Below are positions 7,069 to 15,741 of a DNA stretch of 32,000 bases, piece by piece (within the stretch, counting starts at the first letter, position 1; every line of letters begins with the position of its first letter). The DNA lies in NCBI RefSeq assembly GCF_000341395.1, contig NC_020304.1, forward strand, positions 3,180,001-3,212,000. Direction: 5' to 3'. Position numbers and translations under genes: made by a program. Under the pieces are notes generated by a model, which saw only the letters and a list, made by a program, of their open reading frames with translations, ran no database searches and had not been told where the DNA came from. This DNA comes from Desulfocapsa sulfexigens DSM 10523 (lineage in GTDB: Bacteria; Desulfobacterota; Desulfobulbia; Desulfobulbales; Desulfocapsaceae).

Positions 7069-8446
7069 CGGTTATCACCGGGAAAGATACACGCACAATT
7101 ACGCCATTGTTCTGATCGCTAACAAACGAAATTTTTCCTCCATGCTGTTTTATAATATTGTACGACACAGATAGTCCAAGACCGGTCCCCTTGCCAACAT
7201 CTTTTGTTGTGAAGAATGGATCAAATATCATGGGGGCGTCTTCTTTGTTAATGCCATAGCCGGTGTCAGTGATAACTATCACAACATTTTCATTATCCTG
7301 AAACGTCGTAAGCGTAATGGAGTCAGTTTCAGTGCAGGCATCAATACTGTTCATTAATAAATTTATAAATACTTCTTCCAGTTTCCAGGGTATTCCCATT
7401 ATCTTTGGAGCATCATGTAGATCGAAAGTTATGATCGAACTGAGCTTATGGTTTTTTAATAAAACTTTGGTACTTTTTATGATTCGGTTTACATCTACAG
7501 GTTTGAGGTCTGTCTGTTTGTCTCTTGAAAAATGTAACAATTCCTTTGCGATGCGGGAGGCCCGAGTGGCATTACGTTCAATGGTGGCAATCTTTTTGTT
7601 AACCCGCTCATCATCACCAATTAAATCCTTAAGCATTTCCACATTCAAGGAAACGTTAGTCAGGGGATTGTTTATTTCATGGGCAATGCCTGCTGCTAAA
7701 ATACCCATGGACGTGAGTTTTTCAGATTGTGAAAACCTTAAGAGGTGCTCATTTATAAGTTCGCGCTGTTCGAGGCTGAAAACTGATAACCCTCTAATGG
7801 TAAACGTCATGATAAGAAATGCACTTATTCCCCTGAACACAATTATTTTCACCTCAAAAAAAGGTACAATAAAAGTTGAGGGAATAATGCCTGTTAACAC
7901 TGCATAGCAAATCATAAAACTGCCTGCATAAATGAAATTACCAGCAACCTTTTTTGAAAATGCCTTAACGGTTCTTGAATAAATAATAAGTCCGACTCCA
8001 GCCAGTAAACCGCCAGGGAAAGCTACAAGAAGGCGAGTATTTATGTCTTTTGCGGTGCCAATGTCCAGATAGGCGGCAAACATGATTAATGCCATTGCCA
8101 GGATTCCGACCAGTATTTTAATAGTACTGGGAATCGTCTCCAGGGAATTGTCACCATAAATAGTTATAATGTTTAAAAACAAACCGAAATAGAAGAGAAA
8201 CAGAAAAGAAAGAGAGACGACGGCCAGACGAAAATAAGAAAACAGCGAAGTCTGAATATGTGGATGTAAGTGCTCGAACAGTTCAAGCCACTCGTGAAAG
8301 CCATGAGTAAGACCAAAAGCTGCCAGTAACCAGATTATTTTTGCTATACCAAGTTCACTGAGGCGAATATCCCTGGAAAGAATGGATACTCCAAGAGTAA
8401 AAAACGCCAAGCCGTATAGAAGGTAAAGTACAAAGTTCAGGCCCAC
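7058..8446 (-). CDS. Sensor histidine kinase with an N-terminal polytopic membrane sensor region and no PAS or HAMP domain
   Basis: The H-box is GIAHEINNPL, the N-box LLMNSIDA, G1 DTGYGI and G2 GTGLGLS. The first 215 aa or so are a run of hydrophobic helices. The start codon is GTG. Confidence 0.85.
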   Translation of the reverse strand: MGLNFVLYLLYGLAFFTLGVSILSRDIRLSELGIAKIIWLLAAFGLTHGFHEWLELFEHLHPHIQTSLFSYFRLAVVSLSFLFLFYFGLFLNIITIYGDNSLETIPSTIKILVGILAMALIMFAAYLDIGTAKDINTRLLVAFPGGLLAGVGLIIYSRTVKAFSKKVAGNFIYAGSFMICYAVLTGIIPSTFIVPFFEVKIIVFRGISAFLIMTFTIRGLSVFSLEQRELINEHLLRFSQSEKLTSMGILAAGIAHEINNPLTNVSLNVEMLKDLIGDDERVNKKIATIERNATRASRIAKELLHFSRDKQTDLKPVDVNRIIKSTKVLLKNHKLSSIITFDLHDAPKIMGIPWKLEEVFINLLMNSIDACTETDSITLTTFQDNENVVIVITDTGYGINKEDAPMIFDPFFTTKDVGKGTGLGLSVSYNIIKQHGGKISFVSDQNNGVIVRVSFPVITDEH

Positions 8447-8686
8447 TCAGACACCGTCTGTTTTTGAGATCCCACGATATAGCACCCACATGATATAAAT
8501 TTACCACAAACAGGCAAGGAAAATATAAAGAATTCACTGGAAAACAAAAACACAAAACAGTGCACTCTGAATAATTGCCTTCACAGTTGCTATGGATTGT
8601 TCAATAGTAAATCAGGGATAACTCACATTCTTTGGTGTAAAAAACTGTTATTGTTAGAGGAAAACGGGGAGGTAGCGGGGTAATAC

Positions 8687-9172
8687 TTACAACACTATTG
8701 CTCTTTCAATTAACATTGAGGTGTCTACGCCCAAAGGAAAAAAGCAACTTTCAATTGCAATCTGTCCACCTTTGCCAATCAACAAAACATGAAAATCAAA
8801 ATCCTTAAGCAATGAATAGAAATGTTCGAAGACCTCTGGCCTGGTATTGAGAGAAATTCGACACCCGTTGACAATGTGATGAAAATTTGCAAAATGGTTC
8901 AAAATCATGAAAAAACAAACGGCAGAAAAGTATCGGGTTTTTGGGTGGAGCAGTAAACCAGGATAAAAAGTCATCACGTTAATCTGTCCTGCCGTTTCAT
9001 CGAGGTTGATAGTAACTGAGCAGGAGATATCGGCTCCTGTAATTTTTTGGAAAACAAAATACTCTATTTGGGGCCCATCAATGCAGTAATTGATACCAAA
9101 ATGATCAAGAAACTGAGGGAGATGGGAGGTGATAAAAGTTGAGAAAATGCCAGGTGGGGAGGGAGTGTCCAT
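8687..9172 (-). CDS. Hypothetical 161-aa cytoplasmic protein with no family recognised
   Basis: The only long ORF in a 1.1-kb gap. It has an ATG with an AAGGTGA SD-like sequence about 6 nt upstream. There is no signal peptide and I recognise no motif. Confidence 0.45.
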   Translation of the reverse strand: MDTPSPPGIFSTFITSHLPQFLDHFGINYCIDGPQIEYFVFQKITGADISCSVTINLDETAGQINVMTFYPGLLLHPKTRYFSAVCFFMILNHFANFHHIVNGCRISLNTRPEVFEHFYSLLKDFDFHVLLIGKGGQIAIESCFFPLGVDTSMLIERAIVL

Positions 9173-9543
9173 TACAAATCACCTTGGAAGAGGTAGAATA
9201 AGCGAAGCATGATTGGAACATTAAATTTTCCCTGTCTATTTAACACTACAACGTTCTTGAATATATAGCTCCTTATTCCTTGAGTATGCACCCTCGTAAG
9301 AGCATTTAGCTCTTTGTTGTTCAATACGTTTAAAATAAGTAGTATGTATACACTGGTAAAATCGGTAACTTTTACTATTTTAGTTTTAATGAGAAGGGGA
9401 GGCGAGTTTGTAACCGCTTAAATAGAGGCAAACGCTCCTCTATTGAGTTATTGACTCTTGATATATACGACTAGGCGAGTAGGTGAGGGTGTGTTTTACT
9501 TGGTACTTTTCTAACGGGAAGCAAATCCTTATCACTTCACTTT

Positions 9544-10887
9544 TTAGAAATGGTACTGAAGATAAACAATGTTGTAGTTACTGCCGCCCTTGATATTACC
9601 GAAAATCGACGAGTTGCCGAAGATGCCTGAACGGTGGTGAACGGAATAACCGAGCCAGACATCTTCCAGGGCCTGGACATGCAAGGTTTTGCCAAGATCA
9701 AAATCAAGGGAAAAATCGAGATAAAAGAGCCATTTGTTTGCTTCGATTTTCTTGCGATCCATTTCTTCCTGTTCGATGTAACTGATTTCGCCAGCATAGG
9801 AAAGACCTTCGCCCATTCCGAAGCGCCAGGTGAAAGGCCAGTCGAATGTGTAGTAATGCTTAATGGCTAACACGAATTCTTGACTTGACTGCTGGACCCC
9901 TGAATTCCAATGCCAGGCAATTCCAGGAGTCAGGTAGGATTCCAGGGGCACACCCAGAAAATCGTCGGCCAGTGGATGACCGTAAAAAATCGAGGTAAGC
10001 TGGTTATTGTCGTGGTCGCGTTCTCGATTGAAGGAAATGATGTCGCTGAGATCAGAAGGGGTGGCCCAGCCATGGGCTACACGGATATAAGGTTTGGCCT
10101 TGATGGTTGTAGAGGGCAGAGGGGGGGCATTTTGATAGCTGATTCCAAGAAAAATATTTTCCTGGAATTCATCCTCCACATAGAAGGAGTTTCTGGCATT
10201 GCTGTCAAGTCTGGTTGCTTCTATTGATCCGAGTAGGAATACATTATCAAAGAGGTGATATTTAGCCTCAATTCCCGCAATGACATCCATGCCGGAACCG
10301 ACATCATCCATGGTCAGACCATAATAATAATCGTTGAACCGTGAATCTTTGAAACGCAAGCCCATGTAAGGACTCATGATTATATTACCACCGTTTATCT
10401 CAAAGCCAACCAGCCAGTTTGACGACAGGCGCTGCCTTTCATCTGTCATGAGATCAACCTTAAAAAAAAGAGGGGTTTGATCGGCCTGATAGTGAATCTG
10501 AAGGCCCCAATCCAGGACATCAGTGTCGATCTGAGCATCGTAGGTGTCGTCAGGAACATCAAAAAAGCGCCAGCGAGCCAGGAGACGTAATTGCCAATTA
10601 TCACGGGTCAGTAACTTGATTCCGCCTTCAAGGCCGTCAAGGAAAAGATACTCACCTTCAAAATAGAGTAGGGGAATAAAGTCGTTTTTTGAAGAGTCAT
10701 CACCTTTGAATGGAATAGAGGCCATCCTTGCCGCGAAGCCTATTCCCCATTTCTCCTCTTTGTGTTCAAAAATTGAAGGGGTAGTGTCTAGGTGGGAAGA
10801 AGTGGGTTCTAAGGCCATGGCCCCGGTACAAAAAACAAGGGGAAAAGAAATGAGTAAGAGAATAAGGGTTTTTGTCGATATTTTCAT
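9544..10887 (-). CDS. Outer-membrane protein: N-terminal MipA/OmpV-like region fused to a C-terminal PagL/acyloxyacyl-hydrolase-like beta-barrel region
   Basis: The signal peptide is MKISTKTLILLLISFPLVFCTGAMA. KWGIGFAARMASIPFKGDDSSKNDFIPLLYFEGEYLFLDGLEGG and NDYYYGLT parallel E. coli MipA (GKFSLGAGVGVVEHPYKDYDTDVYPVPVINYEGDNFWFRGLGGG, NEYYYGVS). The C-terminus LGYSVHHRSGIFG...GGSNYNIVYLQYHF resembles the PagL HYSNAG...SLFY end, and the terminal residue is an aromatic Phe. Confidence 0.7.
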   Translation of the reverse strand: MKISTKTLILLLISFPLVFCTGAMALEPTSSHLDTTPSIFEHKEEKWGIGFAARMASIPFKGDDSSKNDFIPLLYFEGEYLFLDGLEGGIKLLTRDNWQLRLLARWRFFDVPDDTYDAQIDTDVLDWGLQIHYQADQTPLFFKVDLMTDERQRLSSNWLVGFEINGGNIIMSPYMGLRFKDSRFNDYYYGLTMDDVGSGMDVIAGIEAKYHLFDNVFLLGSIEATRLDSNARNSFYVEDEFQENIFLGISYQNAPPLPSTTIKAKPYIRVAHGWATPSDLSDIISFNRERDHDNNQLTSIFYGHPLADDFLGVPLESYLTPGIAWHWNSGVQQSSQEFVLAIKHYYTFDWPFTWRFGMGEGLSYAGEISYIEQEEMDRKKIEANKWLFYLDFSLDFDLGKTLHVQALEDVWLGYSVHHRSGIFGNSSIFGNIKGGSNYNIVYLQYHF

Positions 10888-11455
10888 AACAAAGCACCTG
10901 TAAAGTGGGTCTCAATGACAACAGAGCTGGTTAATTAAAGGAAAGAGTTCGTCGGGAGATTCGGGTGATCTCAGGAGAGAAGTATAATTGAAAAAGAGCC
11001 TGCCCTTAAAACTTTTTGTAGAATTCATACCATAAATTTGATATTGGCAAAACCCTTTTACTTAAAAATTTTTTGGGCTCTCGGGTCTTGTCTCACTGCG
11101 ATTTTTAGCGTTTGTGGTGTAGCCCTGCGTGAATTAGAACTCTCCATCATTTGAAAATAGTACAGGGTTGGACTATCAGTTTTTGGTGATCTGGTGGATT
11201 AGGATCATTTCTTGAAACTGGCTTGCAGGGAGCGAGGACAGGTGCTTATTGTATGTTTTTTATGGGGACCGCTATGTAGATAAAAGTCCTTGGTTGGTTG
11301 GTCTCTTTTTTGTGTCTTACATCGTATACTGCAGAAGCAAGATCACTTAGTAATTACCCATATCCGCAAAAACAGAATTTATGCTATTTACACGTTACCC
11401 TAAGGTTTTTCTGTTTGGGATAGTAAACAAATGATATTAAATTAAACATTGTCCC

Positions 11456-12364
11456 ATGATTAGAAGAAATTCCAGATACAGGTTTTCAAAGAGATACCTC
11501 CTTCTCATTTTCTGTCTTCTCCTGCTCGTTCCTCGCAATGGTCAGGCAGCTGCCGCGAATATGAAGGAGGAAGGTAACAGCTATTACTCCAGCAACCGCT
11601 ATCTCAGTGATCCTGATCTCAAAGAACTGTTCAGAGATCAGCCGAAAAAAGATACTTTTGACCTGAATGTATACTATGATTCCCTGGAGCCTCCGCACCA
11701 GGATGGTTTGTTGGGGAGATATTCTGTTCTGATGGAGGATTCTTTCTATTTCCTTATCCCAGCTTTTACTGTTTTGGGTGTACTCTACCTTATGCCTGAA
11801 GGTGTCAGTAATTGGGATTGTGATGAAATCACCTGGAATGAGTCCTTGGAGGACTGGAATGAGAATGTAAGTTCCTGGCGAATGGATCCGGATGAGGCTT
11901 GGATTAACTTTGTAGGTCATCCTTACTTTGGATCCACCTATTTTATTTACGCAAGGCATTACGGGTATTCACGACTTGAATCACTATTCTTTTCTTTTGC
12001 GATCTCTTCAGTATATGAAATAGGTCTTGAGGCCTGGGCTGAACCGGTTTCTATCCAGGATATGATAGTTACCCCTCTTCTTGGCTGGGGCCTTGCCGAG
12101 GTACTTCTTCCTATTGAACATCACATTAAAGAAAACAAGGGAAGGGTCTTTAATAGTCGTATTCTCGGGGCCACAGCTCTTTTTCTGGTTGACCCGTTTG
12201 GTCATGTAGTACCGCCTCTCAAAAGATGGATGGATTCTCTATTTTCCTCGGATACTAAAGTTAGCTTTATTCCCACCTACAGTAGAACAAATCGAATCAC
12301 TCAGGATGACCGGCAAAAGTCGCATGAAGAACGATACGGATTTCAGTTGACCATTCAGTGGTAA
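11456..12364 (+). CDS. Membrane or exported protein, DUF3943-like
   Basis: It has a signal or anchor sequence (LLLIFCLLLLVPRNGQAAAA), several hydrophobic segments, and a central motif WINFVGHPYFGSTYFIYARHYG...ESLFFSF..S..YE that matches my memory of DUF3943. No SD is visible. Confidence 0.55.
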   Translation: MIRRNSRYRFSKRYLLLIFCLLLLVPRNGQAAAANMKEEGNSYYSSNRYLSDPDLKELFRDQPKKDTFDLNVYYDSLEPPHQDGLLGRYSVLMEDSFYFLIPAFTVLGVLYLMPEGVSNWDCDEITWNESLEDWNENVSSWRMDPDEAWINFVGHPYFGSTYFIYARHYGYSRLESLFFSFAISSVYEIGLEAWAEPVSIQDMIVTPLLGWGLAEVLLPIEHHIKENKGRVFNSRILGATALFLVDPFGHVVPPLKRWMDSLFSSDTKVSFIPTYSRTNRITQDDRQKSHEERYGFQLTIQW

Positions 12365-12447
12365 CTAAAATCTCTCTCTTTTCCCACTAGACATGGCTTT
12401 GTGTAATCAACCAATAACAACAGCTTCACAATAAAAAAAACAATCTG

Positions 12448-13692
12448 TTGGAGACAAATTTGAATTTTAAAAACAAGGATCTCTGTAAAATCAGGACAAT
12501 AACAACATTTTTATCATTAACTGATGACAAATCAGAGTGGAAGAAACAAATTTTAAAGGCATCTTCTTTTTGTTCTCACCTCTCTGCCAGATTTCTGGAG
12601 CATGGGTATGCCGTTCAATCTGTAAGAATTGTCACAAACCCATTTGGTGAATATTTAAACACCGAGAGCCTGGAAGGTGCCAAAGAAGATTTATCCTATT
12701 TGAGTCTCCTCCTTGCTTCCTCTGATTTGTCAGGGATTCGTGTTAGGTTTGCTATTGGAGAAGCACGGACTCAAACTGAGATAACTCTTTTACCTGAATT
12801 GGTTAAGGAGTTTGGGGATCTCTGTAATGTCTGTGTCAATGTTGGAATTGATGCAGCTGGTATTCTCAACAATCACCTCATCAGAAGTTCTGCCGAAGCG
12901 GTTTCAGAGATCAGTAAAATAACCCCCCGAGGTGAAGGAAATTTTAATTTTACCGTGAATTTTAATTGTGATCCGTTAATACCGTATTTTCCAGCAGGGT
13001 ATCATAAAAAAGAGATAGGGGATTGTTTTGTCATAGGTTTGGAAACTCCTGACCTGCTTGTCACAGTACTGAAAGATTTTAACCGAAAAGCGGAGACCAG
13101 CGACCATAATGATTTGTTTAAGGAATACTTCCAGGTAATGAGTGAGGCACTTCAATATCATATAACAATGATAAATGAAGTTGTTAAACAATTTGAGACA
13201 AATAAAGAATTCACCTTCTCAGGTTTTGACAGCTCGGCGGCACCTTCCAAAAACTGTTCCAGCATGGTTGAAGTTTATGAACAGATGGGTGTTGAGTATT
13301 TCGGTGCTTCTGGCACCGTCGAAGCATCGTCATTATTAACGAAAGTATTTAAATCGATTACCGGGGTGAATCTTGTCGGGTTCTCTGGGCTCATGCTGGC
13401 CTTGACGGAAGACACTGGTCTTGCTCGTGGAACTGTAGATTCAAATTATGACATCCGTTCGCTGTTAACTTACAGTGCTGTTTGTGGAATAGGATTGGAT
13501 ACCGTGCCAATTCCAGGTGATACGTCAATTGAAAAGATTTCTGCATTAATGCGCGATACTGGAACAATGGCCTTTCGATTAAATAAACCGTTAACTGTCC
13601 GGCTGTTTCCCGTTCCAGGGTTAAAGGCGGGGGATAGGACTGTCTTTGAAAGTGATGATCTCTGTAACTGTGCCGTACTGGATGTTCCGTAA
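12448..13692 (+). CDS. DUF711 / UPF0210 family protein
   Basis: The N-terminus is KIRTITTFLSL. Later come FSGLMLALTEDTGLA, SAVCGIGLDTVPIPGDT and NKPLTVRLFPVPG...GD, characteristic of UPF0210. The ORF-track start is TTG at 12448. A second TTG at 12460 sits 7 nt after GGAG and may be the real start. Confidence 0.8.
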   Translation: METNLNFKNKDLCKIRTITTFLSLTDDKSEWKKQILKASSFCSHLSARFLEHGYAVQSVRIVTNPFGEYLNTESLEGAKEDLSYLSLLLASSDLSGIRVRFAIGEARTQTEITLLPELVKEFGDLCNVCVNVGIDAAGILNNHLIRSSAEAVSEISKITPRGEGNFNFTVNFNCDPLIPYFPAGYHKKEIGDCFVIGLETPDLLVTVLKDFNRKAETSDHNDLFKEYFQVMSEALQYHITMINEVVKQFETNKEFTFSGFDSSAAPSKNCSSMVEVYEQMGVEYFGASGTVEASSLLTKVFKSITGVNLVGFSGLMLALTEDTGLARGTVDSNYDIRSLLTYSAVCGIGLDTVPIPGDTSIEKISALMRDTGTMAFRLNKPLTVRLFPVPGLKAGDRTVFESDDLCNCAVLDVP

Positions 13693-13761
13693 CAAACACT
13701 TCCTTCTTAACGTCCTATAACGGGAAGATTTCCGTTCTCCTGTGCTTTTGCAAAAGCAGAA

Positions 13762-15741
13762 TCAGCTTTTGTCAGAGAAAAGGCATTTATTAAGGATTGT
13801 TTTCAGTTCTTCCACCAGGAAAGGCTTCGGAACCACACCACAAAAACCATACTGCCTGTAGTTTGCCATGACAGGATCGTTGGCATATCCGCTGGATACC
13901 AGGGCTTTGACTTTTGGATCAAAAGCCTGAATCTTCTCCAGTGTTTCCAACCCTCCCATACTTCCTGGAATGGTAAGATCCATGATCAGGATATCAAATG
14001 GGTTTTTATTTTTCTGTGCTTCAATATAGGATTTGATCGTTTCATGTCCATCTGATACAGCAACACTTTCACAGCCTAGATAGTTCAGGATTTCAATCAA
14101 CATATCCCGAACTATTGCTTCATCATCCATGATAAGCACACGTCCTTTGACAGGTGAAGGGGACTCTGTTTTTTCTGGATCGACTGAAGATGAGATTTCT
14201 GCGTGTGGCCTGGCAGGAAGGTAGATGGTGAATGTGGTACCTCTATCTATTTGAGACTTCACCTGAATAAGGCCATCGTGATTTTTAATAATTGAGTAGG
14301 AAATTGCCAGACCCAGGCCGCTTCCAGATTCCTTGCTTGAAAAATAAGGATCAAAAATTTTGGCGAGATGTTCTTTGGGGATACCACAGCCCTGATCCTC
14401 AAATTGCAGCTTCACATACTCTCCTGCTGGAAGAGATGTGCCTGAATTTAACCCAATAACTTCATTCTCCCCACGTATAGTTATAGTTCCGCCATGTTCC
14501 ATGGATTGGCTGGAGTTAATGACCAGATTCTGGGTAACCTGACTCATTTGACCTTCATCAACCTCAACCGGCCATAAATTTTCAGGAAAATCAAAAAGGC
14601 ATTTAACCCTGGAACCTCTGAGGACAAAAGCAGTTGAGTCAGTAATAAGGGCACCAATGGTTGCAGTGCGTTTTATTGGCGCTCCCCCCTTGGAAAAGGT
14701 GAGTAGTTGCTGAGTCAGGCCTTTGGCACGAAGAGTGGCACGTTCTGTGTTTTCGAGATAGTTATTGATTTTTTCGAGGTTATTGAGAGACATCTTCGCC
14801 AGGGAGACGTTGCCAAGAATGGCAGTGAGAAGGTTGTTGAAATCGTGGGCAATCCCCCCAGCCAGAACTCCGAGTGATTCGATTTTCTGAGCCTTGTGCA
14901 GTTCCTCTTCCATACGTTTCTTCTGAGTTACGTCACGAAAAATACATTGCGTACGAACAGGCTTGCCATCGACAAATTTGCATATGGCATTCCCCTCTAT
15001 ACTAATATCTCGACCATCTTTTGACGTAAAGACAGTGTCAATATAGTTGATTTTTGGTTCAGAGATAACTTTCTTAAAAACAGCTTCACAGTGGTTCTGA
15101 CAGGTGGGGGAAATAAGGTTGAAAATGGAAAGGTTTGCAACCTCTTCTTTACTGTAGCCGAAGGTTTCTCTCCAGGCACGGTTTACGTAAAGAAGCTGGC
15201 CTTCTGGAGATACCAGTTGAATGAGATCTGTCGTATTTTCAAAGAGTTCTCGATAACGTTCTTCGCTTTCAAGAAGTGCATTGGCATTTATCTGGTGTTC
15301 ACTGATATCCCTGAAAACACCTGTCATGTTTACAGGATTATTATTAACAAATCGGGTGGAGCAACGACCTTCCACATTGACTTCACGGCCGTTTTTGGCA
15401 ATGAATGTGGTAGTGTTTCGGTCTATTCTTTCTCCAGCCAGGAGATCCTGAAAGATAAGCTGACATTCCCCCTTACATTTTGGGTCAACTATGTCCATAA
15501 GCCTGATAGTCTTCAGGTCTTCGTCGTTGTAGCCAAGGGTTTCCTGCCATGCCTGATTTACAAAGAGAAATTTACCATCCGGGGAGACGGAATGAATAAG
15601 ATCCGAGGTGTTTCTATTTAGAGCATCGAAAAATTCAGCTTTATTGGCTAGAGAAGCAATTAATACCTGCTGCCTTGCAATTGTCTCCTCCAACTCTTTA
15701 ATCTTTTGGGGAGTATTTGTTGAGTCGATTTTTTGTATCAT
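13762..15741 (-). CDS. Hybrid sensor histidine kinase (PAS-PAS-HisKA-HATPase-REC)
   Basis: There are two PAS repeats (DLIHSVSPDGKFLFVNQAWQETLGY and DLIQLVSPEGQLLYVNRAWRETFGY). The H-box is [10 protein letters not shown], with G-boxes DQGCGI and GSGLGLA. The C-terminal receiver has RVLIMDDE...DILIMDLTIPG...VPKPF. Confidence 0.9.
   Translation of the reverse strand: MIQKIDSTNTPQKIKELEETIARQQVLIASLANKAEFFDALNRNTSDLIHSVSPDGKFLFVNQAWQETLGYNDEDLKTIRLMDIVDPKCKGECQLIFQDLLAGERIDRNTTTFIAKNGREVNVEGRCSTRFVNNNPVNMTGVFRDISEHQINANALLESEERYRELFENTTDLIQLVSPEGQLLYVNRAWRETFGYSKEEVANLSIFNLISPTCQNHCEAVFKKVISEPKINYIDTVFTSKDGRDISIEGNAICKFVDGKPVRTQCIFRDVTQKKRMEEELHKAQKIESLGVLAGGIAHDFNNLLTAILGNVSLAKMSLNNLEKINNYLENTERATLRAKGLTQQLLTFSKGGAPIKRTATIGALITDSTAFVLRGSRVKCLFDFPENLWPVEVDEGQMSQVTQNLVINSSQSMEHGGTITIRGENEVIGLNSGTSLPAGEYVKLQFEDQGCGIPKEHLAKIFDPYFSSKESGSGLGLAISYSIIKNHDGLIQVKSQIDRGTTFTIYLPARPHAEISSSVDPEKTESPSPVKGRVLIMDDEAIVRDMLIEILNYLGCESVAVSDGHETIKSYIEAQKNKNPFDILIMDLTIPGSMGGLETLEKIQAFDPKVKALVSSGYANDPVMANYRQYGFCGVVPKPFLVEELKTILNKCLFSDKS

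Noticed and set aside
7317-7907. Long antisense ORFs inside real genes (7317..7907, 15091..15621, 30695..31273, 11486..11959, 1312..1680, 18616..19059, 16854..17198, 25659..25952 and others)
   Set aside because: They lie entirely opposite well-supported genes. They have odd, Ser/Leu/Arg/Cys-rich, motif-free compositions and lack an SD. These are typical shadow ORFs.
11041-11100. A GGCAAAACC stretch reminiscent of the c-di-GMP-I (GEMM) riboswitch core
   Set aside because: The partner elements (ACGCAAAGC-type tetraloop receptor and paired stems) are missing on both strands, so only a single short similarity remains.
13743-13758. The perfect 16-bp palindrome TGCTTTTGCAAAAGCA between the convergent DUF711 and hybrid kinase genes, as an intrinsic terminator
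   Set aside because: The stem is A/U-rich with essentially no loop, and no U-tract follows on either strand. It may still contribute to termination or be a binding site, but I cannot support a call.
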